Part shown: piece after piece, positions 1-13,200 of the stretch
How the letters are laid out: every line of letters begins with the position of its first letter
Numbering within the stretch: position 1 is the stretch's first letter
From: Mustelus asterias
Taxonomy: Eukaryota
DNA length: 64,000 nt
Direction of reading: 5' to 3'
Assembly: GCF_964213995.1 (NCBI RefSeq)
Contig: NC_135809.1
Coordinates: 108,996,001 to 109,060,000, forward strand
Notes under the pieces: generated by a model
What the model was told of the DNA's origin: nothing
Database searches by the model: none
The model's input: only the letters and a program-made list of their open reading frames with translations
Position numbers and translations under genes: made by a program

Positions 1-915
1 GGAGGGTGTGTTTGGTGATCGTAACACGCTGAAGGTGGCAAAAATGAGGTAGAATGACCCATTGAATGTGGAGGCATGTGGGTTGGAATGTAAGAACATG
101 GGAATCCTATTGTGGTTCTCGGTGGAAAGGACAGAAAGTGAAAGCAGAAATGTAAGAAATGGAATGGACACCTCAGTTGTGGAAAAAGGAGGCATAGTGT
201 CGGGTTGGTATCAAAGTTGGCATTGTTTGTATAGATGCCATGGAGACAGAAAAACTGGGAGAATGGAATGGAATCCTTACAAAAAAGCCAGGTGGAGGAA
301 GTGTAGTTTCTTTCTCTGAACTCTGTTTCTCACTCCACAGATGCTGCCTGACCTGTTGAATATTTCCAGCTTTTTCTGATTTTATTTCAAATGTCCATCT
401 TCTACAATATTTTACGTCTGTATTAACATTTACCATTGTGAAGGATAATAGTAAAATCCACTTGTTGCTGCTTAGAAAAAGCACAAATCGACTGCAGTAA
501 TCAATACTCTAGTGTGGGATGGTGTGTATCAAAGTCTGGCTTCACAGCTCTGCCTAATCTTAATTCCCATCAAATTCTAGATAAATCCATTTCTGATAGG
601 GATTGCTGGATAACATCTATATGTCATACACAGATGTACAGCATTAGCAAAATTTTAGCTTCTACATTGTTGCTAATGTGGAATTATTGAAGTATATTCA
701 TGATTTGTAAACTACTATCTCTATGAGCCTTGCAGGAAGGATATATAGATATAGTTAATTTTATATTGAAAATAACAATACCTCTGCTAGTTAATAAGAT
801 AACTAATCATGTTGTGAATATGGTTGATATTTTTCAGCAGTTGCGTCTTTTCTGCTCATTGTCTTTTCGAAATAATCTCATTAAAAAATCTCTGCAGTGC
901 TCGGAAATTATTAAA

Positions 916-2500
916 TAAAAAGAGCTCTTGAGATGCAGAGTGATCTGGGTGACCTTGTGAATGAATTGCAAATCATGTATGCAGGTCCAGCAAGTAATTA
1001 GGAAAGCTAATAGAATGCTGCGATTTACTGTGTGGGAATTTGATGACAAAAGTAGGGTGGTTATGCTTCAGTTGTACAGAGCATTGATGAGACCACATCT
1101 GGAGTATGGTGTACAGCATTGATCTCTTTACTTAAGGTAAGATGTAAATACATTAGAAGCAATTCAGAGCAAATTTACTAGACCTGCCAGGAATGGATGG
1201 GCTGTCTTATAAGGAGAGATGGGATAGGTTAGGTTTGTATCCACTAGAGTTCAGAAGAGTAAGAGGCAACTTGTTCAAAACCTTTAAGGTCCTGAGGGGT
1301 ATTGACAGGATGAATGTGGAGAGGATGTTTCTTCGTGTCAGTGAATCTAGAACTGGGGTCACTGTTTAAGTGCAAAGGGTGACATGGTCAAAATGTCGCG
1401 AGAGGCCAAAAATGAAACCTCATGATACCTTTGTCCCTGCCCACCGCCCCACACCCTCTCCATTGATTTAATGCAGTTCATGTGCAGGAAGGTCAGTAAG
1501 CTCATTTAAAAGCATTTAAATATCATTAGCGGACTTCCTCGCTGTACTGTCCCACCACATTTGGTATTTCCCTTTGGTGAGGTTTACAACATTTCTAGAC
1601 CAAGATGAACCAGGCAAAGAGGCCTACGGGGGCGCACAGGTAAGTGCAACCCCCTGGGGGGAGAGGGATATTTCCAGGCAGTACCCTGGCAGTGCCCTGG
1701 TACTGTCCCTGGGTGGCAATGCTGGGACAATGCCAGGAGCAGTGCCAGGCGGCAGTGCTGAGGGGGGGTGGGCTTCCTCTGGGGAGGTCCTTGGGGGGAT
1801 TCCCTGTATCTGTGGGATGGGTGCATCACTGTGTGTCTGCTGGAGGGAGGTAAGGTCCCTTGTGGGGCAGGGAGCTCTCTGTGTCTGTGGGGAAGATCTT
1901 TGCTTTTATTTCTAGTGTTAGATCGGGGTGCCCTCCATTAATGCCAACATTAAGTGCATTTAAATGGTCATTGGATAAACATATGGATGATATTGGAATA
2001 GTGTAGGTTAGATGGGCTTTAGATTGTTTTCACTGGTCGGTGCAACATCGAGGGCCGAAGGGCCTGTACTGCACTGTAATGTTCTATGTTCTATCTCTGG
2101 AAAGCCAATGTTTCAATGGTGAGGGACTCGCCTCTGGCATTTTTTTCCTCAAAGTGTTGGAAAATATGACAACAAAAGCCAGCTGTGCAGCACATGACTT
2201 TTCTTGTCTGAGCCTGAACTTTGTTACAAAAATGGAAATTTCAGCCCAAGATGTCACTCATTAAGGAGGAATGTTTTCTCTCAGAGGGTTGTGAGTCTCT
2301 GGAACTTTCTTTCTCAATAGCAGTGGAAGCAGAATCTTTGAATATTTTTAAGGCAGCGTTAGGTGGATTCTTGATTAACAAGGTGTTGAAAGGCTAACAA
2401 GGGTGGGCAGCAATGTGGTGTTGAAGTTACAATCAGATCAGCCATGATCTTATTGAATGACGGAGCAGGTTCATGGGGATCAGTGGTCTTCTTCTGCTCC
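916..2500 (+). mobile_element. CR1 LINE 3' fragment interrupted by a GC-rich MITE-like insert (~1380-2230)
   Basis: Degenerate RPHLEY and RRVRG-like coding sequence and a CR1 3' tail. Confidence 0.65.
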
Positions 2501-3954
2501 GAATTTGCATATTTGTAATTGCATGTGCCTGGTGGACTTTAACTGGTGTTTCAGCTGTTGCCCTTTGCCAGTGTTGTACAGACTTGTGTGTTTTAACCTC
2601 TGTAGTGAATAAAGACACAAAGTCGACTTTAAATACTTAAACACAATATTCTGTAGCTACTTAAACAACAGTAAATACTTGCAATTCATAAACCAAATAC
2701 CCATTACCTGTTACTTTACTCAATTTAAGATTGATTCCAACTTGCAATTAAAACCTGGCCAGAGTTTTGTTGTCACACGGTATTAGCCCTTTGGTCACTT
2801 CTTCTTGGAGATGTTGTCTCTCCTTGTGAGCTTGGTCCCCGGGTTCTTCACTCTGCCTTCTGAACAAGCTCTTTGTGTTAGCACAGTTAAAACTCCAAAA
2901 GTTCCTTGGTAACCAGCCAATGAATTGATCAGAAACCCCAATTGCATGATTCGATTAGGCCAATCAAATACAGCCAGAGTAGTGGTATTGGTCACTTCAG
3001 ACCCCACCATACCTAGGCTCCTTAAGTGCATATTGTTTACATTGCATAAAATACGAAGGACAGAAGAAAGTATTGTATTGAAAGTAGAACTTATTATAAT
3101 GTGAATTTCATTTTACACTTGTGCAAGTTCTTGGAAACATAACAGGAACAGAAGTAGGTAATTCAGATCCTTGAGCTTGTTCTTCCATTCAATACGATCA
3201 TGGCTGATCTTCTCATGGCCTCAACTCCAATTTCCTATCTGTTCTCCATAATCCTTCAATCCATTACTAATTAAAAATCTGTCTTAACTCCACTGTAAAT
3301 TTACTCAACATCCCAGTATCCACCGCACTCTGAGGTAGTAAACTCCACAGATTCTTTGAGAGAAGTAATTTCTCCTCATCTCTGTTTTAAATCAGAATAC
3401 GAAGGCATAGGACTAATAGTAAAAGTAAGTGCGAAGCAATTTACCAAAAATTATGGCCTATGTCAGAATTTTCAAGTAACAAAAGAGTGTCAAATTACAT
3501 TTTCCATATAAGATAAAATTAAATAACTTCCATCTACATATTGTTTCTCTGTTCAATTGCTTAAAGCATTATTGAAATAGTTGTTTAGATTTTAAAACCT
3601 GTGTGAACATGAGATGAGGCATTAAGACAGCACGACATGGCATTCACAGTGACTTTATTTGAAAGCGCAATTTGGTATTGTTACTGCCCTTTGCTTCATC
3701 TGAAAGTATTTACTTTTGTTAAGTTACAGTGGGCAGATTTTCAAGATAATCAGATTAATGATTAATATTTGGACTGCATTGTTTCCTTATCTGAAATTGA
3801 CTTTTGCTCTAAATTGTATTGCAATGTTGACTCAGTACAATTTGGTTATGTGCAAATGTGCAAATGTGTCTTTTAGACAAAACCATGTAGTATTATTTCA
3901 GTGGCATATTTCATTGGCTGTTTTCATGACTTTTTTAAAAATCTTTTTTTAAAG

Positions 3955-4293
3955 ACACAATAAACCTGGAGATATTTCAAAGCCCATTGAAAGTACTATT
4001 AAATGAAGATGTTCTCCTGAAGTGCAAGGTAACTGGCTACGTTGGTGACACCATTGACCCACAAACTGTTGGAGTCCAATGGATGCTCGAGGGGCAGACA
4101 GAAGTGTATTATTTCATTGGAGGCAATCATGAGCCAAAGCGACCTGGAGCAAACATTTCTGATAATGATTTATTGAAGGGAGATGTTTCACTGTACCTTT
4201 CAAAAGTACAGTTGGCAGATGAAGGAAGATACACTTGCAAAGTCATCATAACTCCTGAAAGTGCAGAACAGACTTCAGCAATGCAGGTCTTAG
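3955..4293 (+). CDS. NCR3LG1: Exon: IgV domain, B7-H6-like
   Basis: tttaaag|AC...TTAG|gtaagt, 339 nt. Encodes LLKCKV...VQWML...VYYFIGGNHEPKRPGANIS...GDVSLYLSKVQLADEGRYTCKVIITP, which follows the human B7-H6 V pattern (FFGDHQEAFRPGA...GDASLRL...GEYRCEVVVTP, from memory). Confidence 0.9.
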
Positions 4294-7200
4294 GTAAGTG
4301 TCTAAAAAAAACACAGCGGTACCTTTTTGCTAAATGATAACAAATCTATAATTAATGATTCTTTTCTCAGAGTCACTCTTGCCTATAACCCCATAACTTT
4401 GCCATAAACATGGAAGAAAGCTTATTTAGGGACATATTTCTGCACCACTTCCTGTGGAAGCTGCACGGCATAGCAGGGCCTTGCCAGTCAGAGCCTTCTA
4501 CTGCCTTCTCGGCCTTGCCCCTTGCCTGAGGTGTGATCCTCAGGTAAAATCACCCACCAGTCAGCTCTCCGCCTCAAAGGGGAGTGCAGCCTATGGTCAT
4601 ATGGGACTATGGTGATTTTAGTTTTACTGCTTAACCCCATTATACATGTGTAGTGGGAGGGTCACAAAATTTAAATATGCCCTGCCTGTGTGTTCATTGC
4701 TGTGGAGGTATCTCAGGTGCTTACATTCACTCTGAGGTTGAATGCTGACACATTGTCACACAGATCTGTGTTCAAGAGATTGCTGCTTCTGCATTTCCAT
4801 CAGCTTCCTTTATAAGAAACAATTTAAGAAAATATCTCATTTACATTGCTGAGGGCTTGATCAGACTCAATCTACATTTAGAGAACACAAACTGCATACA
4901 GCATGTCGTTTTTCCTCTTTTTATAGCGAGCAACAATATCTTGACCTGCTACTGGGGAAAGGAAGCCAAAATGATCAATGTTGGGAATTTCCAGATAAGG
5001 TTATGAACTTATGGGCCCAATTTTACCATCAGGTTGCACCCGTTTTCGGGCGCGAAAACTTGATAAAGTCGGGTGAGAGGCGAGTAGCGTGATCCGCACC
5101 GGCCTCCGTGCCAGTTCCCCCTTTACCAAGGCCCGAAAATGGACGCGATCGCAACGGCCATTGAAATGCGTTTGCATGCATTTAAATTGACTTAATGGGC
5201 TGCATGCCCAACTTTACCAGAATGTCCCCCTTTACCACCACGTTTGCCCATCCAGAATCGGCAAGAAACAGACATGCTCCATAGAAGTCCGATTCGGGCG
5301 CTCCAGTTAGTGAGGAGGTAGGTGCCTAGCATCCGACGGCTCTCTGCATGAGATCGGCGTGGGGAGGGAGGGGCGGTGAAGGGGGGTCAGCTGCCTTTTT
5401 GCCTGAGATCAATGGTGGGGGAAAAGGAGGGGTGTCCACTGCCACTCTGCCTGAGATCGGTGCGGGGGGGGCCAACGATCGGTCTGGGTGGCGGGGGGGT
5501 TGGGTGGCAGATTAGGGGGTCAATAATGTTGTGGGGGTGGGGCAATGTCTGTTGGGGCCAGGAGGTGGCATTATGCGGCCCCAGAGGGATGTGGCAGGGG
5601 AGCAGCATTCTACCCTTTTTTTGAGCATGCGCAGTTGGAGGCACCGATCAGAGCTGCAGCGTTTCGGGTGCGTTGAGCTCCGCCCACAGGCTTGTGCAGC
5701 ACGATTCGGACTTGCTGATATTTTTGCAGGCAGGGTGCCTATGGGGGCGCCTGAGAACAGGTCTAAAAGTCGGATCTGAAACACTCCCAGTTTCAAGTCC
5801 GCCCAGCATTTAGAATCAAAATGGTAAAATAGGACCCTAAACGTGGTAAAGTCGGGCATGGGGCCAGTAATGCGATCCGTGCCCGGGTCCGCGCAGATGG
5901 CCTCTTTATCAAGACCCGGGAATGGCCGAGATCCGATTTGCGCCCAAAACGGGCGCAACGGCGATTTAAATGTATTTGCATGCATTTAAATTGAATTAAT
6001 GAACTGCCCATCCAAATTTATCAGAATTTCCCCCTTTAACCACCGCATTCGCCAATCCGGAATCAGACCGAAATGGACATGATAAATAAGAGTCTGTTTT
6101 GGACGCTCCAGCTGCTGAAGAGGTGTGTTCAGAGCTTCCAATGGCTCTTTGATTCAGATCGGTGGTGAGGAGGGGTAGGCGGGTCAGATCATTCTTTGGT
6201 GAGGGGGTGGGGAGGGAGGAGGAGGCGGGTCAGATGTACCTCTGCGGGGTGGGGGGGGGTGGAGGGGAGGGAGGCCAGATCATTCTCTTGGGGGGGGGGG
6301 GGGGTTAAGGGAGGAGGGAGGCCAGATCATTGTCTGGTGGGGGGGGTGGGGGCAGGTAAGATGTATCTCTGGTGGGCGGGGGAGGCCCGATCGCTCACTG
6401 GTGTCGGGGGGAGGGAGGGAAGGCCAGATGGATCTCTGGTGAACAAGGGGGGCGGGGGGGGGGGGGGGGGGGCCGCGATCAGTCTGGGTAGCGGGGGTGG
6501 GTGGATAAGGGGACAATTATGTTGTGGGGGTGGGGTGATGTCTGTGGGGGCCATTGCTCCTGCTTTTCGCTCCCGGGCCGCTTTCTCCGCTTTTTGCGGC
6601 CCAGGAGCGATCTGACACAGGTGCGCTTTTTCAAATTTTTTTCCAACTGCGTATGCGCAGTTCAGAGCTCCGATCGTTTCAGACGTGCTAAGCCCCACCC
6701 ACAGTGTGATTCAGAATCCCGATTTTTTTTTTTCAGGCTAAGTGCGTATGGGGACACCTGAGAGCAGATTTCCAAGTCAGATCTGAATTGCGCCCAGATT
6801 CAGCACTTAGAATGAAAATGGTAAAATCGGGCCCTATGTCTCTGTTTCCTCTGATTTGAAAATAAAGCCTGAAAAAAGACTAAGCTTCCAATTCGTAAAG
6901 TTCCATTTCAAACCAGAAGTCGTTTTGTTTGTTGGAAATTCAATGACTTGGTGGCACCACAAAGTTGGATTCAAACTTGAAAGGCTCCATTTGAGAATGC
7001 AGAAAGGGAAAGGAAAGGATTTGGTTCAAATCTTAAGATTTGCATTTTCTGGTTTTGTAGTAACTTACCTGTAAAGCACTACCTCGCCAGCAGATTGCTG
7101 TTGTGTAATTAACCTACACAATCTGCACTAAATTTATATTTGCTTTCCACACAGCACGACCAAATGTTCACTTATCCACACAATCCATTACAATTCAGAG

Positions 7201-10200
7201 TGGTTCAGAGGGCTCTGTGAGATGTGACGTTACTGGATTTTATCCTCAACAGTTGGACATCAGCTGGATCAAGATATCAAAGTGGAGAACAGAAAATGTT
7301 TCATCAGAAAGTTACACAAAACATTTTGTCAACAATAGTGACAAAACGTTTAATGTTTCCAGTCAGCTGAGGATTCGAGCAACAATGAAAGATGATGGTG
7401 ATAAGTACCGATGTGTGGTGGCGCATTCAACATTTCCTGATGGTTTCACAATTGAATCTGTGCTCAGTGTGACAAGTGAGTTCTGCTATGGAAGAAATGT
7501 GAGTGCGAGGGGAGGGTGGAAGGAAGGAGAGGAGGAGGGGTGAGTGAGTGAAGGAGGGGTGGGTGAAAGGAGGGAAGGAAATAGGCATGGTGGATACATG
7601 ACAGAAAGGGTGATAAGGGAATGAGAAAGAGAGAGTGGCTAGTATTTCATTAATCCTTTAATATTTTAATGACTAATTCATTAGTTATCCATTACAGAGA
7701 GGCAATGGCCGAGTGGTATTATCGCTAGACTATTCATCCAGAAACTCAGCTAATATTCTGGGGACCCGGGTTCAAATCCAGCCATGGCAGATGGAATTAG
7801 AATTTTAAAAATATCTGGAATTAAGAATCTACTGATGACCACGTAACCATTGTCAACTGTCGGAAAAACCAAACTGGTTCACTAATGTTCTCAGGGAAGG
7901 AAAACTGCCAGCTTTACCTGTTCTGGCCTCATATGACTCCAGAGCCACAGCAATGTGATTGACTCTCAAACTGCCCTCAGGTAACTAGGGATGGGCAATA
8001 AATGTTGGAAAGCCAGCGAAGCCCATGTTCCATGAATGAATAAAAAAAGTGCTGGACAATAAGGACAGAGTGGAAGTGTGGCAGAGAATTAAAATGATAG
8101 GTGAGTCAGGGTCATACTTGTGGATTTTTTTACAATGTTCTTAAGACCTGTGGATGTTATTTATTGCCCATCCTGAATAGCCCTTGAGAAGGGCACTTTC
8201 ATCAACTGCTGCAGTCCATCTGGTACAGCTACCCCCACAGTGCACTTGGGTGGGAAGCTCCAGGATTTTATGACTGTGAACGAAAAGCAATGTATTTATG
8301 AGTCAGGATACTGTGTGAGTTGGAGAGGAGTTTGCAGGTGGTGATGTTCTCTTGTGTCTGCTGTCTTTGTTCTTCTAGATGGTAGAGGTAATGGTCTGGA
8401 AGGTGTCGCTAAATGATCCTTGCTGCTGTGAATCCTGTGGATGGTACACAATGTTGCCATTGTGTGGATTGGTGGTTGGAGTGAAAATCTCAGGTGGTGG
8501 ATGTTGCCAATCACTCAGGCTGCATTGTCCTAGATGGTATTTAGGGCATCACGGTGGCACAATGGTTAACACTGCTGACTCACAGCACCAGGAACACAGA
8601 TTTGATTTCGGCTTTGGGTGACTGTGGAGTTTGTATGTTCTCCCTGTGTCTGCGTGGGTTTCCTTCAGGTCTCTGGTTTCCTTACACAGTCCAAAGATGT
8701 GCAGGGTAGGTGGAATGGCCATACTAAATTGCCCTTAGTGTCCATTGATGTGGAGGTTAGGGGGATTAGCCATGGTAAATGTGCATGTATACGGGATAGG
8801 CCGGAGGAGAGGGCCTGGATAAGATGCTCTTGCAGAGAGTCGGTGCAGATTCAATGGACCAAATGTCCTCTTTCTGCACTGTAGGGTTTCTATGGTTCTG
8901 TGGTGTCAAGCTTGTTGAGTGTTGTTGGAAATGCAATCTCCAGGCAAGTATTTGGCAACTCCCTGGCAACGTTCCAGCGAGTATCTCATCACACTCTTGA
9001 CTTGTGCCTTTTACAAGATGGACAGGAGGTGTGTTGCTTGCCACAGATTTGTCACGATTAGATTCTCTCTTGTTGGAATTGGTTATAGCCTGTCACGTGT
9101 GACAAAAATGTTACTTGCCACTTATCAGTCCAATCCTCAATTTTGTCCATGCCTCTTTTCACACTGATGTGGACTGCTTCATTATCATAATTAATGGAAT
9201 GGAATTGTTTTGCAATCATCAGTGAATTTGTTTGTTTCTGATGTTATAATGAATGGAAAATCATTGATGAAGGTATTGAAGATGGTTGGGCCTTGGGCAC
9301 TACCCACAGGAACACCTGCATTGATGGCATGGGATTGGAATGATTGACTTCCAAAAACCATAACAATCATTCTTTATGTTGGATATGACCAGTGAGAGTT
9401 TACCCCCAATCTTCATTGACTTGATTTTCTGAGGACTTCTTGATGCCACACAGTCAGATAATCCAAAGTATTCAGTAACCCCACCTCCACCACCTTCTGA
9501 GGCAGAGAGTTCCAAAGCCACACAATCCTTTGACAGAAAACAATTCTCATCTTTGTCCCAAAATGGAAACCCCTAACTTTAATAAGCAGTTCTTGCTAGT
9601 TCTGGACTCATCCACAAGAGGAAACATCCTTTCCATGTGCACCTTGTCAAGCCCATTCAGGGTCTTTAATATTTCAATCAAGTCACCCCTTACTCTTCTA
9701 AACTCCAGTGGAAATAAGCCCAATCTGTCTAACTTTTTCTCATTAGACAACATGCTCATTCCAGGCATCAATCAGGTATTTCTTTCGATACCAACCAAGT
9801 AAACGAACTCAAACTAACTTAGGGACAAAGTAAAAGGGGCGGCTCCCCAAAGGGAAGGGGGAACAGCCTGAACCAAAATCAAAGTCGAAAGGAAACTTAA
9901 AACGTCAAACCAAAAGGTGATTATCGGGGTCGATAATACACCCCAGCCCCTGTGATGCCCAATGGGCGCTGAAGGCGTTGACTGCGCCCATGGACACTGC
10001 ATGCTCCCTCTCCAGGGACACCTGGCCGCGAATGTAGCCGCGGTAGAGGGGCAGACAGTCAGGAGCATCAGTCAGATAAACATCATCTGAAACACCTCCA
10101 ACGCATTCACATCTTTCCTTAAATAAGGAGCCCAAAACTGCACAGTAATTGAGATGCGGAATGAGGTTTTCCCAGAAATTGGCAAAGGCCTTTAGCAGGC

Positions 10201-13200
10201 ATGTTTTAATGAGTTATCCTTATCCAATGGACATGCAGGTGTGTCTCCACCCACTCGTGCTGGCCATGAATGGAGAGGGATCAGACTTCATCAAGCTTAC
10301 AGCTTGAGGTTCCTTCTTGCTTCTGTTCTTTTCCTAAGTCTGTTCTTCAAAACTCCAAAATTTATCATTTTGAACTGATTAAAACACATGCATTTCTGCA
10401 CATAGGCACTGACCATAGGCATATCATCTAAACTGGTTTATTATCAGCTACCTGACCTTCAGACATTTCTCCTCCGCCTTTTTGACTCCATTTCGTATCT
10501 GGTTTCTGTCCATTTGATCAATTTGAATGAATCCGGTTGACTTTATCACCCTTGTAAAATCAAAGACATTTGTTCCAAATAAAGAGAGCAATCCATATAC
10601 TTAGTCTGGAGTTAAAAACCTTCTGTTCTGAAGTTAGCCATATTTCCCATTTGTCCTTTCTTTGCTTGGTCATTTTGCATTAGACAATAGCTCGCCAGCT
10701 ACAAACCTAGCTTAATTCATCAAGCTAGTGAGATCCTACTGCCATCTCACAATGGGTCCCATAATTTCTTGAATGACCCAAGAGATGCTGGAAATCTGTG
10801 GAGAGAGAAACAGAGTTAACATTTCTATTTTTATTTACAGATGTTGCCAGACCTGTTAAGTTTACCCAGCATTTTCTGTTTTATATCCTATGTACTATGT
10901 CCTTTGTACCTAGTCTGGGATGGTGATAGTGTGATCTGATTAAAGTACTATAAATTTCATTGTTTCTTCCTTGGATTTATGTTCTGCTGTTATGGCTGTG
11001 TATGAACTTTGTAGATCTCAGCTTTGAGTTTGCTGGGTTTGTTCACAATTGAGTCCATTCAGACTCTGCTCTCTTTCAGCTTCATCCTTTACTGTTTCAA
11101 CATTGTCCAAATAGAACATTTATATTTATTTTTCCTTCCTACACATCGCATGTCAACTGATTATTAGGTTAGTAGAGTCTGGATAACCCTCAGGCTTGCC
11201 CCTAATGATCAATTGCATGCTTTTACAAACCATTAAGTTTAGATTGATGGGCCTGCAGTTTTCTATTATTGTTTCGTGACTCTTTTTGGTTATTGCAGGC
11301 ACCAGATTATTTTGTTTCAATCTTCTGATAACCTCTCTAATTCTATGAACTCCATCATGATGATTACAATTATCTCACAAAACTGTTCCCTAATCTCCCT
11401 GAGCACTCTGAGATAAATATCAGTTATCTTTTTTGACTTATTTACTTTAAGCACTTTTAACATTTCTAAGTCATCCATCTGATTTTTACCTCCTTCATTT
11501 GAAATGTCCATCTTTGGGGACTGCAAGTTGCTCATGCCTTCCCTTGTGAATACTTGAAGGAAGTAGTGTTGTATAGTTTACATTTTAATTCTCCTGTTTA
11601 GTCTTTATTCGAATTGTCTTCTGTGCTCTGACCATTGTCCTGAGGAACTGAGTGTTAAAACCAAATCTGCTTGAGCACCCTGTTAAATATTATAGCTTTC
11701 CTAATGCTTTAAATCAATTAAAATATCTATTTGTTTTTATGCTCTTAAACTCTACAGAATCAAGTAATCGTTCACATGTTATTGCAGCCATAATCGGTGT
11801 TATGGTATTATGTATAACACTTGCCTTTGGGATTTTTATTTGGAGAAGGTGTTCAAAAGGTAAGACATTAGTTTAATCTTATAAGTGAAAAAAATTGTAA
11901 CCAATTTAGGCTATGGAGTTGGAAGCAATGTCAGCATTTATTGTCCATCCCTCCTTGCCTCATAAAGATGCTCGTGAACCTTCATTTTGAACTCCTGAAG
12001 TCATCTGATGATGAAGCTTCCCATAATGCTCTTGGTTAGGGTGCTCTAAAATTTTAGCCGATGATGATAAAGAAACACAACATCATAATCACGTCATGAT
12101 TGGTGATTTAGGAGGGAACATGAAGATGTGAGTTTATGGATTTGGAAGATATTGCTGAAGACACCATTGCGAGTTGCGACAGTTCAAATTCTAGATAGTA
12201 AACAGGACTGCTGGTAGAGTGGGTGGATCTTTAAACGTTGTTATCATGGTGGTTATGGTCAGAATGATTGAGGAGCAGGCTGTGTGGTTGCATTAATTTT
12301 TCAAAAGCTCAATCCTCCAGTTATATTTGAGGAGGCATAAACTTGGCATTTAAGCCAATTTCTCCTTTTATCACGGCTTGCTTTATTTCAACAATACAGT
12401 TTAAAATTCTTCAACATTATTTAAATGAATGAATGTATATAAACCAGGTATGGCTCAGTCAGTGGCAGCACTATCTCTATGGCAGAAAGTTGAGGTTTCA
12501 AGCAGCACTCCAGAGACTTGATTGGAAAATCAAGTCCTGATGTTGTGCCCAATGTTTATGCCTCAATTAACATCACTTAAAAACATAGACTGTGATTTTC
12601 CTTTTGGAGAGCTGCATCGCTCAACTGTGTTTGAGGTTCAGTGGGAAGGGCCTGTATGCCGACTGGAAATTTTCATTTGGCATCAGCAGAATGGCTTTAA
12701 TAGGCCCCTAAATGGGCTTAACAGGCTATCCATCCACCACTTGTAAGAGTATGATGGCAGGCTGATTGCTAGTGGGAAATAATTGTCTGTCTTCCTCTGA
12801 TCCCATCTCCAAACCTAATTAAAAACTAGTAACCTACAATTGGCTAATTCTGGAATGACCACATGATGCATTGCATTTAAAGAAATTATGTTAACAGTGC
12901 TTTTGGGTTTATTGTGATTTATGGATTTATTGTGTTCACATCAAGTGAGGTATTATTGTTTGTAAGAAGATTTTCCCATTAATATGACAATATGCAGCCA
13001 GGACATGCTTTCAATATATCTTTCAGCCATTACAAATCGACACCACTACTCTCCATGCCCCTCCTCTGCCATCCCTTCCCTCTAATCCCATTTCCATCTC
13101 ATGCATTTTCATTCTTCTAGGTGAATTTTTCTATATCATAGTCTTTCTCCCATGCCATTTCCATCCTCTGCAACTCGATTCCTTGCATGCCATCCCCTTC

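Noticed and set aside
2601-3040. Possible solo LTR (tgtagtg...tttaca)
   Set aside because: No TSD and no second copy in the window
3638-3706. Candidate leader exon MAFTVTLFESAIWYCYCPLLHLK
   Set aside because: Weak donor (gtattt) in phase 0, whereas the V exon needs phase 1, and a poor hydrophobic core. The leader is probably upstream of the window.
13027-13120. Possible exon tttcag|CCATT...TAG|gtgaat after the TM exon
   Set aside because: In-frame TAA and low-complexity sequence
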